This document shows, piece by piece, positions 1-9,600 of a DNA stretch of 64,000 bases; position 1 is the stretch's first letter, and every line of letters starts with the position of its first letter. The stretch is from an uncultured Gemmatimonadales bacterium. GTDB taxonomy: Bacteria; Gemmatimonadota; Gemmatimonadetes; Longimicrobiales; RSA9. The stretch spans positions 256,001 through 320,000 of the forward strand of contig CAWCUS010000002.1 in NCBI GenBank assembly GCA_963798845.1, written 5' to 3'. A program made the translations under genes and the position numbers. The notes under the pieces were generated by a model, which did no database searches, was not told where the DNA came from, and was given only the letters and a program-made list of their open reading frames with translations.

Positions 1-5
1 CGTGG

Positions 6-491
6 GTGACTTCGGCGCTCCTGGAAGCCGTGAGGGCCCAGTACGCGCTCGACTGGTACGGGATCCACGGCCTCCACCACTGGGAGCGCGTGCGGGACAA
101 CGGCGCCCGCCTGGCACCGTGCACCGGCGCCGACCCCGTCGTCGTGGAGTTCTTCGCCGCGCTCCACGACAGCCGACGTCTGAACGATGCCCGCGATCTC
201 CACCACGGCCCGCGCGCAGCCGCGTGGATCCGCACTCTCGACCCCTCCCTGCTCCCGCTCACTCCCGGCCAGATCGAGCTGCTCGCCGAAGCGTGTCGGA
301 CCCACACCCGCGGCGTCGCCACGGACGATGCTACCCTTGGCACCTGCTGGGACGCCGACCGCCTGGATCTCTTCCGCGTGGGACGCCGCCCGGACCCTCG
401 CCAGCTCGTCACCGATGCCGCCCGCGACCTCAACATCCTGGAGTGGGCCATCTCGAGGTCCGTCGGACAGCGGCGCCGCCACGCCCCGTAG
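6..491 (+). CDS. HD-domain metal-dependent phosphohydrolase (may be 5'-truncated by the window edge)
   Basis: HG..HW.RV, LHDSRR, HHG and CWDADRLDL motifs typical of small HD proteins. Confidence 0.8.
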   Translation: MTSALLEAVRAQYALDWYGIHGLHHWERVRDNGARLAPCTGADPVVVEFFAALHDSRRLNDARDLHHGPRAAAWIRTLDPSLLPLTPGQIELLAEACRTHTRGVATDDATLGTCWDADRLDLFRVGRRPDPRQLVTDAARDLNILEWAISRSVGQRRRHAP

Positions 492-573
492 GTCGAGCCA
501 GGGTCGGCCACCGCACCGAGGGGCCCTGCACCCCCCGAGCGCTGCGCACGACGAGCGCTCGCGCGCTCACACC

Positions 574-1764
574 TCAATCTGCGTCCGGGCTGCCTTCAAA
601 CAGGCCTTCCAGCGGCTCCTCGCGGGGGCCGCTGGCGTCCATGACCGCGAACGTCTTCTCGCCCGCGCCGTAGAGTGCCACGCCCGCGTAGCGGCCGGTA
701 CGGTCCAGGATGAAGAAGCGGACGTCGAAGGCCGGGCGCCCGCGGTGGTTCAGGAGGCGCGGCTCGACCGTGTTCTCGGCGATGCGACGAAGGGCGGCCA
801 TGCCCGCGTCCTTCGGCGCCAGCCCGCGTCGCATGTTCTCGACGATCAGGTAGCTCGACAGGTTGTACAGGTTCGCCTCGCCTCGCCCCGTGGAGCCCGC
901 GGCGCCCACGGCGTCGTCGACGTACAGCCCTGCGCCCAGGATCGATGAGTCGCCCACCCGCCCCGGGATCTTCCACGCAAGACCGCTGGTCGTCGTCACG
1001 CCCGCCACGTGCCCGGCCGGCGTGAGCGCGTCCAGATTCGTGGTGCCCCAGAAGGAGTGCTCGGGGATCAGCCCGTCCCGCACCATCGCCAGACCCGCAC
1101 GATACCAGGCCTCCGCTCGCGCCCGGGAGCGCGGACGGTCCGCGCCGGCGGCGTGACCGACGCGCTCGGACGGGTCGAGCCAGTGCTCGGGGTCCACCCG
1201 CCGCCGCCACTCCAGCCAGAGCGCCCTCGAACGGTCGGTGTTCAGGTCGTCCAGCACCTCGAAGCCCACGTCACGGGCGAATTCCCGGGCGCCCGCGCCG
1301 GCGATCAGGTGGTGGTCGGTCAGAGCGGCCACCTTCTGTGCGACGGCCGCCGCCGTCGCTACCCCCTCCAGCGCCGCCACGCCGCCCGCCCAGCGACGCT
1401 CGCCGTGCATGCAGCACGCGTCCAGCTGCACCACGCCGTTCGCGTTCGGCAGCCCGCCGTACCCGATCCCCGTCTCCTCGGGGTCCAGCTCCGGGATACG
1501 AACGCCCGCCACCAGCGCGTCCAGCACGTCCTCCCCCCCTTCGATCCCCCGGTACGCCCGCTCGATCGCGCTCTCCGGACCGCCGTTGCGGAACCGGATG
1601 CTGCTCACGTCCGCCACCAGCAGCGGGTCCCGCGTGCGGCGCACCAGGACCGCGGGAGCGGCGGCCCCTGAAGCCCGGGCGGTGCCCGGACGGGGGAGCC
1701 CCGCAGGGAGGGCAACGAACGCCGCTGCTGCGGCGCCGGTCTTCACGAACGCGCGACGATCCAT
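574..1764 (-). CDS. N(4)-(beta-N-acetylglucosaminyl)-L-asparaginase / isoaspartyl peptidase (Ntn hydrolase), Tat-exported
   Basis: MDRRAFVK Tat motif; GYGGLPN..G.VQLDA, GTT autoproteolysis site, TTSGLAWKIPGRVGDS, TGRGE; AGGAG SD upstream. Confidence 0.9.
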   Translation of the reverse strand: MDRRAFVKTGAAAAAFVALPAGLPRPGTARASGAAAPAVLVRRTRDPLLVADVSSIRFRNGGPESAIERAYRGIEGGEDVLDALVAGVRIPELDPEETGIGYGGLPNANGVVQLDACCMHGERRWAGGVAALEGVATAAAVAQKVAALTDHHLIAGAGAREFARDVGFEVLDDLNTDRSRALWLEWRRRVDPEHWLDPSERVGHAAGADRPRSRARAEAWYRAGLAMVRDGLIPEHSFWGTTNLDALTPAGHVAGVTTTSGLAWKIPGRVGDSSILGAGLYVDDAVGAAGSTGRGEANLYNLSSYLIVENMRRGLAPKDAGMAALRRIAENTVEPRLLNHRGRPAFDVRFFILDRTGRYAGVALYGAGEKTFAVMDASGPREEPLEGLFEGSPDAD

Positions 1765-1811
1765 GCCGGGAGCTCCTCCGGTTCGGGGGGGAAGGGGGTG
1801 GCCGGATGCAG

Positions 1812-1849
1812 GAACCCCCGGGCTCGGTCGAAACCGTTCCCGGGGGTTC
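1812..1849 (-). terminator. Strong GC hairpin closing the candidate RNA (terminator or attenuator-like)
   Basis: GAACCCCCGGG (1812-1822) / CCCGGGGGTTC (1839-1849) with inner CGGT-TTCG-ACCG on the minus strand; U-tract is weak. Confidence 0.55.
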
Positions 1850-2097
1850 GCGCCACTGGCGGCGTCGAGGACTTTCGGTTCGGTGGCCTGACCCTTCGGT
1901 CCGCCCCGCCTCGCTCACCTCACCCCTCACCGCGCGACCCGCGGCTCGGGTGCTCCCTGGCCTGAGAGCTACAGCTGCGGCCAGTAACCTCGCAGCCGGC
2001 TCGCCGATAGCCGAATCTCCGACGAGCTGCCTCCGAAAAGCGTCCCTTCCGGAAGCGACGGCGTTGATTCCTAGGTCGCGGTACCATCGCCGTCTGT
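1812..2097 (-). ncRNA. Candidate structured ncRNA or long cis-regulatory leader, family not recognised
   Basis: At least 7 back-to-back helices, several with G-U pairs that work only on the minus strand; lies between a consensus promoter and a UUCG-capped hairpin; no credible ORF. Confidence 0.55.
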
Positions 2098-2103
2098 GAC
2101 CTA

Positions 2104-2132
2104 ACGATACCACTCGCGGGTGCCCCGGTCAA
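2104..2132 (-). promoter_or_regulatory. sigma70-type promoter with extended -10
   Basis: Minus strand TTGACC (2132-2127), 17-bp spacer ending TGG, TATCGT (2109-2104). Confidence 0.65.
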
Positions 2133-2207
2133 GCATTTCGACGTGGTACGTAAGTCACTGTAATGAAACAAGTTGCGTAGGGTGGTCAGGAGGATGCAGA
2201 AACCCCG

Positions 2208-2328
2208 TAATCCACAATTCTGGCATCTTGCTACGGCGCACGGAGATCGGGTTTTGTAACAGGTCCTATTCACAGTCTAGGCCCGCCTTTCCCACACGGA
2301 ATCCACAGCCGGGCGCCGCTTATCCACA
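2208..2328 (+). promoter_or_regulatory. Cluster of co-oriented DnaA-box-like 9-mers
   Basis: TAATCCACA 2208, CTATTCACA 2266, TTTCCCACA 2288, GAATCCACA 2299, perfect TTATCCACA 2320; the last four are spaced 22/11/21 bp. Confidence 0.6.
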
Positions 2329-2465
2329 CCGACGGGCACCCATGCGTTCGCCGCGGGAGCCATGGCGCCCGGGCGTCCCGGGCGCGCCCGGCGCGGGAGC
2401 GGAACGACCGGGAGGAGAGCGGCTCGCCGTTGCATGATCCCGGATGTGGGCGCCAGCTTGTGCGC

Positions 2466-3458
2466 ATGAGCATGGTCTCGGTGCACGCGGGCGTGGACGC
2501 CGACTTCGCGCAGGACGTCCTGGGCGAGCTGTATGCCTACCGTCGCAAGCGCCTGGGGGTTGCGTGGGCGCTGTGGGCGGTTCTCGGGTGGCTCGGGGCG
2601 CACCGTTTCTACCTGGAGCGGCCGGCCACGGGGCTGGCCATGGTGGTGACCGGCGGCGGGGTGCTCCTGTGGTGGATCTCGGACGCGTGGCGGCTGCGCA
2701 GGATGGTGGAGGCGTACAACGCCGAACAGGCGCGCCGGGAGCGGGAGGGCCTTCCGCCGCTCGAGCTGGGGTTCATGCCGCCCCTGTCCGACGACGTCCT
2801 TTCACGTCCGCCCGCATGGACGGAGAAGTGGCGGGCGAGGACGACAGGGAAGCGGGTGGTTCGGCTGACCGGGGACGTGCTAGTGCTCATTGCCGCGGGC
2901 TCTGCGCTCGGCGCAATGGCGGGAAGTGTGGAGGGCGGTGCGGAGGCGGCGTTCGCGGTGGGCGCGCTCATCCTGGTGACCATGATGGGCGGGCACGTGG
3001 GGCGTTTGAACGAGATCCCGTTGGCGGGTTCACTGGTGCGCTGGAGCCACCGGCTCCGCCTGTTCTACTACTACAACCGGCCCGGCTCCCCGCCGGCGCT
3101 TCTCCTGCGGCCGGTGACGGGGCTGCTCATGGCGCCGTTCCGCCGGAAGGAGAGGGCGGAAGCGGCGCTCTACCTAGAAGTTGGGGCGGTGTTCACCGCC
3201 ATCTTCCTCACGTTCGACCTTCTCCAGGACGTGGGCGGCCCTCTCATCCAGAGCGGCCTCGGTGCGCTTTCCCCGTTTCGCCTCATCGGCCTGTGGGTCC
3301 AGGAAGCGTTCATGACGTTTCTCGTGACCTACGCCTTCGCGGCTCCGATCGGGGCCGTCCTCACCCTGTACCTGCTGACGTCACGGACCAATCGACTTCC
3401 TCGGGTTCTCGGCGGCGTGGCCCTGTTCTTCATCGCCAAAGGTGCCGGTCTGATCTGA
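2466..3458 (+). CDS. TM2/NINE-domain membrane protein
   Basis: RKRLGVAWALWAVLGWLGAHRFYL TM2 motif plus several TM helices; start uncertain (2430, 2466 or 2472). Confidence 0.75.
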   Translation: MSMVSVHAGVDADFAQDVLGELYAYRRKRLGVAWALWAVLGWLGAHRFYLERPATGLAMVVTGGGVLLWWISDAWRLRRMVEAYNAEQARREREGLPPLELGFMPPLSDDVLSRPPAWTEKWRARTTGKRVVRLTGDVLVLIAAGSALGAMAGSVEGGAEAAFAVGALILVTMMGGHVGRLNEIPLAGSLVRWSHRLRLFYYYNRPGSPPALLLRPVTGLLMAPFRRKERAEAALYLEVGAVFTAIFLTFDLLQDVGGPLIQSGLGALSPFRLIGLWVQEAFMTFLVTYAFAAPIGAVLTLYLLTSRTNRLPRVLGGVALFFIAKGAGLI

Positions 3459-3582
3459 AACGGGGCCGGCAGCCCGCCGGGCCGTCCCTGGTGGCGGACG
3501 GGTCTCCTTCTTCGGGCCGGGCGGCGCGACATGTGCAACGCTCCTATCTGTCGTAAAGACAACGGAATAGGAGGAGCGCCAC

Positions 3583-4452
3583 ATGGCACATGCAGGCAGC
3601 ATCACGGCGGCGGACAGCGGGACCTGGAAACTGGGCGGGGACCTGCCGGTTCATCGGCTCGGGTTCGGCGCGATGCGGATCGTGGGCGAGGGGGTGTGGG
3701 GGCCGCCGGCGGACCGGGAGGAGGCGCTGCGGGTGCTGCGGCGTGTGCCGGAGCTCGACATCAACTTCATCGACACGGCGGATTCCTACGGCCCGTTCCT
3801 GAGCGAGGAGCTCATTGCCGAAGCCCTGCATCCGTACCCGGAGGGGATGGTGATCGCCACGAAGGCGGGGCTGGAGCGGCCAGGTCCGGGCAAGTGGGAG
3901 CCGGACGGACGGCCCGAGCACCTTCGAAAGCGGTGCGAGGGGAGCCTGCGTCGTCTGAAGGTGGAGCGGCTCGACCTGTTCCAGCTTCACCGGATCGACC
4001 CGAAGGTGCCGGCCGCGGACCAGTTCGGGACGCTGAAGGAGCTGCAGGACGAGGGGAAGATCCGCCATGCGGGGCTGTCGGAGGCGGACGTGGAGGATAT
4101 CGAGCACGCGCGCCGGTACGTGGACATCGTCTCGGTGCAGAACCGATACAACCTGGAGGACCGGGAGTGGGAGGACGTGCTGGAGTATTGCGAGGAGGAG
4201 AAGATCGCGTTCATCCCCTGGTTCCCGCTCAGGGCCGGGCCGCTATCGGAGGGCGACGGTGTACTGGGCCAGTTCACCCGGCGCTTCGGAGCCACGCCGG
4301 CGCAGATCGCGCTGGCCTGGCTGCTCCAGCGGTCGAGCGTCATGCTCCCGATCCCGGGCACCGGCAGGGTGGCGCACCTGGAGGAGAACGCGGCGGCTGC
4401 GGGGCTGCACCTTCCCGATGATGCCATGGAGCGGTTGATGGAGGGGGGTTGA
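3583..4452 (+). CDS. Aldo/keto reductase
   Basis: [52 protein letters not shown]. Confidence 0.93.
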   Translation: MAHAGSITAADSGTWKLGGDLPVHRLGFGAMRIVGEGVWGPPADREEALRVLRRVPELDINFIDTADSYGPFLSEELIAEALHPYPEGMVIATKAGLERPGPGKWEPDGRPEHLRKRCEGSLRRLKVERLDLFQLHRIDPKVPAADQFGTLKELQDEGKIRHAGLSEADVEDIEHARRYVDIVSVQNRYNLEDREWEDVLEYCEEEKIAFIPWFPLRAGPLSEGDGVLGQFTRRFGATPAQIALAWLLQRSSVMLPIPGTGRVAHLEENAAAAGLHLPDDAMERLMEGG

Positions 4453-4687
4453 CGACGATCCACGCCATCCCCGTCGGTCGCGGATCCGGGCGGTTCGGGC
4501 GCCCCGGGTGGTGCTGGCCGATGCCCGGCGCGTCGTGTAGACTGTCAGCCGTGGAGAGGCTTCCCGATCGACCCCCTTGCAGCACGGGACCTCGTCGCTC
4601 CACGGCATCCGCTGGCACGCACGTCCTCGCCGGCTCGACGCACACGACACGGGAACAGCCTTGAACCGGAATAGCGCGCCTCATTCC

Positions 4688-6757
4688 ATGTCGTCCAGCG
4701 CGGACAACCCGCTGCTCGAGGAGTGGACGGGCCCGTACGGCGGCGTGCCGCCGTTCGACCGCGTGCATGTCTCGCACTTCCGGCCCGCGCTGGAAGCGGG
4801 CATGGCGGAGATGGAGGCCGAGATCGAGGAGATCGCCGGCACCGGGACTGCGCCGACCTTCGAGAACACGATCGCGGCGCTGGAAGCGACGGGCCGCCTG
4901 CTGGACCGGGTGGACGCGATCTACGGGGTGTGGAGCTCCAGCGTCAGCACGCCCGAGTTCCAGGCGGTGCAGCGCGAGATGGCTCCCTGGCTGGCAGCGT
5001 TCGCCGACCGGATCACGCAGAACGAGGCGCTCTTCCGCCGGATCGAGGCCGTGTATACGGGCCCCGAGCTGGACGCGCTGGCGCCGGAGCAGCGGCGGCT
5101 GGCGTGGCGGCTGTACACGAACTTCGTTCGGGCGGGCGCCAGGCTTGACGCGGACGCGAAGGCGAGACTTTCGGAGGTGAACCAGAGGCTGGCCGGGCTC
5201 TTCACGATGTTCAACCAGCACGTCCTGGGTGACGAGACCTCTCACTACCTCGTGCTCGAGGAGGAGGCGGACCTGGCCGGTCTGCCCGACTCGGTCCGCG
5301 AAGCCGCGGCGGCGGCCGCAGAGGAGAAGAGCTTGCGCGGGCGCTGGGTGGTGAGCAATACGCGCTCGTCCGTGGAGCCGTTCCTGACGTACGCCGACCG
5401 GCGCGACGTGCGGGAGCGGGCCTGGCGCATGTGGGTGGAGCGCGGCGACAGCGGCGGAGAGAGGGACACGAAGAAGATCGTCGCCGAGATCCTCGCGCTG
5501 CGCGCGGAGCGGGCGTCGCTGCTGGGCTACGCGTCGCACGCGCACTGGCGGGTCGAGGACGCCATGGCGAAGACGCCCGACCGTGCGCTGTCGCTCATGA
5601 AGACGGTCTGGCGCCCGGCGGTCGAGCGCGTGGCCGAGGAGGTGGCGGACATGCAGGCGTTGGCCCGGAAGTCCGGCGCGGACCAGGAGATCCGACCGTG
5701 GGACTATCGGTACTGGGCCGAGAAGGTGCGCCTGGCCCGATTCGACGTGGACCAGACCGAGGTGAAGCAGTACCTGCAGGTCGAGAAGCTGCGGGAGGGG
5801 ATGTTCTGGGTGGCCGGCCGGCTCTTCGGGTTCGAGTTCGAAGAGCTCGACGAGGTCCCCGTCTACCATCCGGACGTGCGCGTCTGGCGCGTGAGCGACG
5901 ACGCCACGGGTCGCCTGATCGGGCTGTGGTACTTCGACCCGTACGCGCGGGCGGGAAAGCGGTCGGGCGCGTGGATGGCGGCGCTGCGCCGCCAGGAGCG
6001 CTTCCAGGGCGATGTGCCCACCATCGTCTCGAACACCGCGAACTTCGTGAAGGGGCGCTCGAGCGAGCCCGTGCTCATCTCGTGGGACGACGCCAGCACC
6101 CTGTTCCACGAGTTCGGTCACGCCCTGCATGGCCTGGCTTCGGACGTGACCTATCCGACGCTCTCCGGCACGTCCGTCCCGCGCGACTACGTGGAGTTCC
6201 CCTCCCAGCTGCTCGAGCACTGGCTGTCCACGCCCGAGGTGCTGCAGCGGTTCGCGCTGCACTGGAGGACGGGCGAGCCGATCCCCGCCGACCTCGCGAA
6301 CCGGCTCGAGCGCTCGGCCACCTTCAACCAGGGCTTCGCTACCGTCGAGTTCCTCGCCAGCGCGCTCGTGGACATGGAGATCCACCTCGCCGAAGGGCCG
6401 ATCGACCCCGTCGCCTTCGAGCGCGAAACCCTCGCGGAGCTCGGGATGCCGCCCGAAATCGTCATGCGACACCGCATCCCACACTTCCAGCACGCGTTCG
6501 GCAGCGACGCCTACTCCGCCGGCTACTACAGCTACCTGTGGGCCGACGTCCTCACGGCGGATGCGTTCGAGGCGTTCACCGAGGCTACGGGGCCGTACGA
6601 CGCCGGGGTAGCCGGACGGCTGCTGGAGCACGTCTTCTCGCGCGGTGACACGCTGGACCCGGACGCCGGCTATGTCGCCTTCCGAGGCCGCGGGCCGCAA
6701 ACCGACGCCCTCATGCGCAAACGCGGGTTCCCCGTGCCAGAGGGCGCCGAGCTCTGA
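4688..6757 (+). CDS. dcp: M3 family metallopeptidase (peptidyl-dipeptidase Dcp / oligopeptidase A)
   Basis: NPLL..W..PYGGVPPFD, GKRSGAWM, FHEFGHALH zinc motif, DYVEFPSQ, YSAGYYSYLW. Confidence 0.92.
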   Translation: MSSSADNPLLEEWTGPYGGVPPFDRVHVSHFRPALEAGMAEMEAEIEEIAGTGTAPTFENTIAALEATGRLLDRVDAIYGVWSSSVSTPEFQAVQREMAPWLAAFADRITQNEALFRRIEAVYTGPELDALAPEQRRLAWRLYTNFVRAGARLDADAKARLSEVNQRLAGLFTMFNQHVLGDETSHYLVLEEEADLAGLPDSVREAAAAAAEEKSLRGRWVVSNTRSSVEPFLTYADRRDVRERAWRMWVERGDSGGERDTKKIVAEILALRAERASLLGYASHAHWRVEDAMAKTPDRALSLMKTVWRPAVERVAEEVADMQALARKSGADQEIRPWDYRYWAEKVRLARFDVDQTEVKQYLQVEKLREGMFWVAGRLFGFEFEELDEVPVYHPDVRVWRVSDDATGRLIGLWYFDPYARAGKRSGAWMAALRRQERFQGDVPTIVSNTANFVKGRSSEPVLISWDDASTLFHEFGHALHGLASDVTYPTLSGTSVPRDYVEFPSQLLEHWLSTPEVLQRFALHWRTGEPIPADLANRLERSATFNQGFATVEFLASALVDMEIHLAEGPIDPVAFERETLAELGMPPEIVMRHRIPHFQHAFGSDAYSAGYYSYLWADVLTADAFEAFTEATGPYDAGVAGRLLEHVFSRGDTLDPDAGYVAFRGRGPQTDALMRKRGFPVPEGAEL

Positions 6758-7740
6758 GCTACGACCCCGCGGACTGCCCTGCGTGCGGCGAGGCGTCTGC
6801 CGATGCCGTCGCCGACGCGGCAGCAACTCGAGCGGAGCTGGAAAGGCTCTGGCGCTTCCACCTCCGGCGTCTGAGGACCGGCGTGCCGCTCGAGCAGCTG
6901 AAGGATCGAGTGGTCTTCTCGCAGGCCCCGCCGCTGCGCGTGGCGCGCTGCCGCGCCTGCGGGACCGTCTACCGCGACCCGCGGGAGCGAACTCGCTCGG
7001 TGACGGAGCGCTACGCCCGGGAGGAGGAGCCGGCCGCCGCCCTGGATCGGCTCATGGCGCTGCACCGACCGGCGGAGCGGCGGCGCGTGCGCCGCCTCAC
7101 TGCGATCGCGGGGCACGCCGGCCGGGGACTGGAAGTGGGCCCGTACGCCGGCGCGTTTCTGGCCGAGGCCGCGGAGGCCGGGTGGCGCTTCGAGGGCGTG
7201 GACGTGAACGGCGACGTCGTCGACCATGCAGCCCGGCACGGCCTCCCGGTGCGCTCCGGCACGCTGGAAGGCACGGACCCGTCCGAGCGCTGGGACGCCG
7301 TGGCGCTCTGGAACTGCCTTGACCAGCTTCCTGATCCCCGGGCCGCCGTGCGCGACGCCGCGCAGCGCCTCCGGTCCGGCGGCGTGCTGGCGCTGCGGGT
7401 CCCGAACGGCGCGTTCTACGCCCGGCTCCGCGGCCGCCTCGGCGACGGCCCTCGCCGCTCGATAGGACGGGGCCTCGCCCTGCGCGCGCTGGCGTGGAAC
7501 AACCTCCTCGGCTTTCCCTATCTCCAGGCGTTCACTGTGGGCGGGCTGCGCGGCCTGCTGGCCGGAGCGGGGCTCGACGTGGTCCGCGTCCGGGGCGACG
7601 TCCTCGTGCCCCTGTCCGAGCGGTGGACCCGGCGCTGGGCCGCGTGGGAGGAGCGGGCGACAAAGGGGGTGCTTCGGACCCTGCCCGCCGCGGCGTCGCC
7701 GTGGCTGGAGGCGTACGCGCGTCGGCCGGCAGGGCGGTAG
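6754..7740 (+). CDS. Class I SAM-dependent methyltransferase with N-terminal CxxC...CxxC (proposed CTG start; first canonical start is 6883)
   Basis: LEVGPYAGAFL motif I, LDQLPDP..L..GGVL; in-frame upstream DCPACG pairs with RCRACG. Confidence 0.75.
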   Translation: MSYDPADCPACGEASADAVADAAATRAELERLWRFHLRRLRTGVPLEQLKDRVVFSQAPPLRVARCRACGTVYRDPRERTRSVTERYAREEEPAAALDRLMALHRPAERRRVRRLTAIAGHAGRGLEVGPYAGAFLAEAAEAGWRFEGVDVNGDVVDHAARHGLPVRSGTLEGTDPSERWDAVALWNCLDQLPDPRAAVRDAAQRLRSGGVLALRVPNGAFYARLRGRLGDGPRRSIGRGLALRALAWNNLLGFPYLQAFTVGGLRGLLAGAGLDVVRVRGDVLVPLSERWTRRWAAWEERATKGVLRTLPAAASPWLEAYARRPAGR

Positions 7741-8074
7741 CGGGAGCGGCGCCGGGCTGCCCCGGGCACCTCTCCACGGTTAGCGCGCGGGGTCGTTTCC
7801 GGCTAGATTCAGGCCTGGTGAACGGGCGCGCTGCGCCCGGCCCGATCCTCTCCTCGAGCGTGCCCGTGAGCGCCGATCGGCATCAACGCCTGCACGATGA
7901 CGCTTCGCGATTTCCGCCCCGGAAATCGCGCCCGGGCATCTACGCGCCTCCCAACCACTGAGCGCCAGGGGCTCGCCGCCCCACGGATCCAATCACCGCG
8001 CCGATGCGCCGCGGGCGGCCCGCCCGCGTGTGGCGCCGGCGTGTCCCGGCAATGCAGCGAACGGAGCGAATCAC

Positions 8075-9397
8075 ATGCCCGAAATCAAGGTCGCGGCGGA
8101 TCGCGTCTTCCCGATCCTCGAGAACAACATCCTGGTGGACGGATTCCACCTGGTGATCGATCTGGAGAAGTCCCATGGCGCGGTGATCGTCGACGCGCTC
8201 GAGGCGAAGGAGTACCTGGACTGCTATGGCTATTTCGCCACCCTCCCCATCGGCCACAACCATCCGAAGATGGAGGACGAGGGCTTCCGCAAGACGCTCA
8301 TGACGGCCGCCCTGTCGAACCCCGCCAACAGCGACATCTACTCCCGCCAGTACGCGGCGTTCGTGGAGATCTTCCGGGAGATCGCCGTCCCCGACGAGTT
8401 CCGCTACCTCTTCTTCGTCGCGGGCGGCGCCCTGGCGGTCGAGAACGCCATGAAGGCAGCATTCGACTGGAAGGTGCGGAAGAACATGGCTGCCGGGATC
8501 GAGGGCGGCGGGGACAAGATCCTCCACTTCACAGGCGCGTTCCACGGCCGCAGCGGCTACACGCTGAGCGTGACCAACACGGACCCGAACAAGACGTTGT
8601 ACTTCCCGAAGTTCCAGTGGCCGCGCATCGACGCGCCATTCATCGAGTCGGGGCTGGACGAGGCGGCCATGGAAGGGCGGGAAGATCGCTCCATGAAGGC
8701 CATCGAGGACGCCTTCGACGCCGACCCACACGGGATCGCGGCGATCCTCGTCGAGCCGATCCAGGGTGAGGGCGGCGACCGTCACTTCCGACCTGAATTC
8801 TTCCGCAAGCTCCGTGACCTGGCCGACCGCCGCGAGGCGCTCCTCATCTTCGACGAGGTGCAGACGGGGCTGGGCGCCACGGGCAGCATGTGGGCGTACC
8901 AGCAGATGGGCGTCACCCCGGACATCATCGCGTTCGGCAAGAAGACGCAGGTGTGCGGGATCATGAGCACGCGCCGCATCGACGACGTGGCGGACAACGT
9001 CTTCCACGTGTCCAGCCGCATCAACTCCACCTGGGGCGGGAACCTGGTGGACATGGTCCGCGCCGCCCGCTACCTCCAGATCATCGAGGAGGACCGGCTG
9101 GTGGAGAACGCCGCGCGCGTGGGGATGCACCTGCTCGAGGAGCTGAAGGAGCTGGAGCGGGAATACGCCGCCGTCACCAACGTCCGCGGTCGTGGCCTCT
9201 TCATCGCCTTCGACATGCCCGACGGCGAGAGCCGCAAGGCGCTGCGCATGGCGTGCTGGGAGCGCGGCCTGGCGGTGCTCCCCTCCGGACCCCGCTCCAT
9301 CCGCTTCCGCCCGCCGCTCGTCTTCTCCGACCAGGACGTGGCCATGGCGGTGTCGACGCTGCGTGAGGTGCTGACCACGGAGGCCGTGCCGGCCTGA
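8075..9397 (+). CDS. lat: L-lysine 6-transaminase (class III aminotransferase)
   Basis: ILVDGF..V.DLEKSHG, GGALAVENAMKAAFDWK, AFHGRSGY, EPIQGEGGD, DEVQTG, FGKK.QVCG, SRINSTWGG. Confidence 0.92.
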   Translation: MPEIKVAADRVFPILENNILVDGFHLVIDLEKSHGAVIVDALEAKEYLDCYGYFATLPIGHNHPKMEDEGFRKTLMTAALSNPANSDIYSRQYAAFVEIFREIAVPDEFRYLFFVAGGALAVENAMKAAFDWKVRKNMAAGIEGGGDKILHFTGAFHGRSGYTLSVTNTDPNKTLYFPKFQWPRIDAPFIESGLDEAAMEGREDRSMKAIEDAFDADPHGIAAILVEPIQGEGGDRHFRPEFFRKLRDLADRREALLIFDEVQTGLGATGSMWAYQQMGVTPDIIAFGKKTQVCGIMSTRRIDDVADNVFHVSSRINSTWGGNLVDMVRAARYLQIIEEDRLVENAARVGMHLLEELKELEREYAAVTNVRGRGLFIAFDMPDGESRKALRMACWERGLAVLPSGPRSIRFRPPLVFSDQDVAMAVSTLREVLTTEAVPA

Positions 9398-9600
9398 CCT
9401 TGGCCCCCGGCCCCCGGACCGTGTTTCCATTTTCAGTTCTGGCCCGGTCCGACATGCCGGCCTTTCTGCAGCGGACAGCGGCGCGGCCACAGCCAGGTCG
9501 CTGCCCGCTGCGGAGAGCGGCCGGTCGCGTGTCGGTGTTGCGAATACTGAATATGGAAACGTGGTCCGGGGGGCCTTGAACCCATCGTTATCTTGCTGCC

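Noticed and set aside
1812..2100. tmRNA, RNase P, SRP, glycine or c-di-GMP riboswitch
   Set aside because: Only isolated fragments match (GAAAGTCC, CCGGAAGG, CTCTCAGG, GGGACGC), in the wrong order or context; there are no tRNA-like ends or complete consensus.
2057..2103. Plus-strand H-type pseudoknot (GACGGCG/CGCCGTC with TAGGTCGCGG/CTGTGACCTA)
   Set aside because: Pairing is possible, but the promoter, the UUCG loop and most G-U pairs favour a minus-strand transcript that would start inside this element; kept only as an alternative.
4340..6826. 828-aa minus-strand ORF and similar long antisense ORFs (e.g. 10360-12552, 23964-26303, 27892-29901, 29783-32086, 39739-41757)
   Set aside because: Shadow ORFs opposite well-supported genes, expected in high-GC DNA; no motifs.
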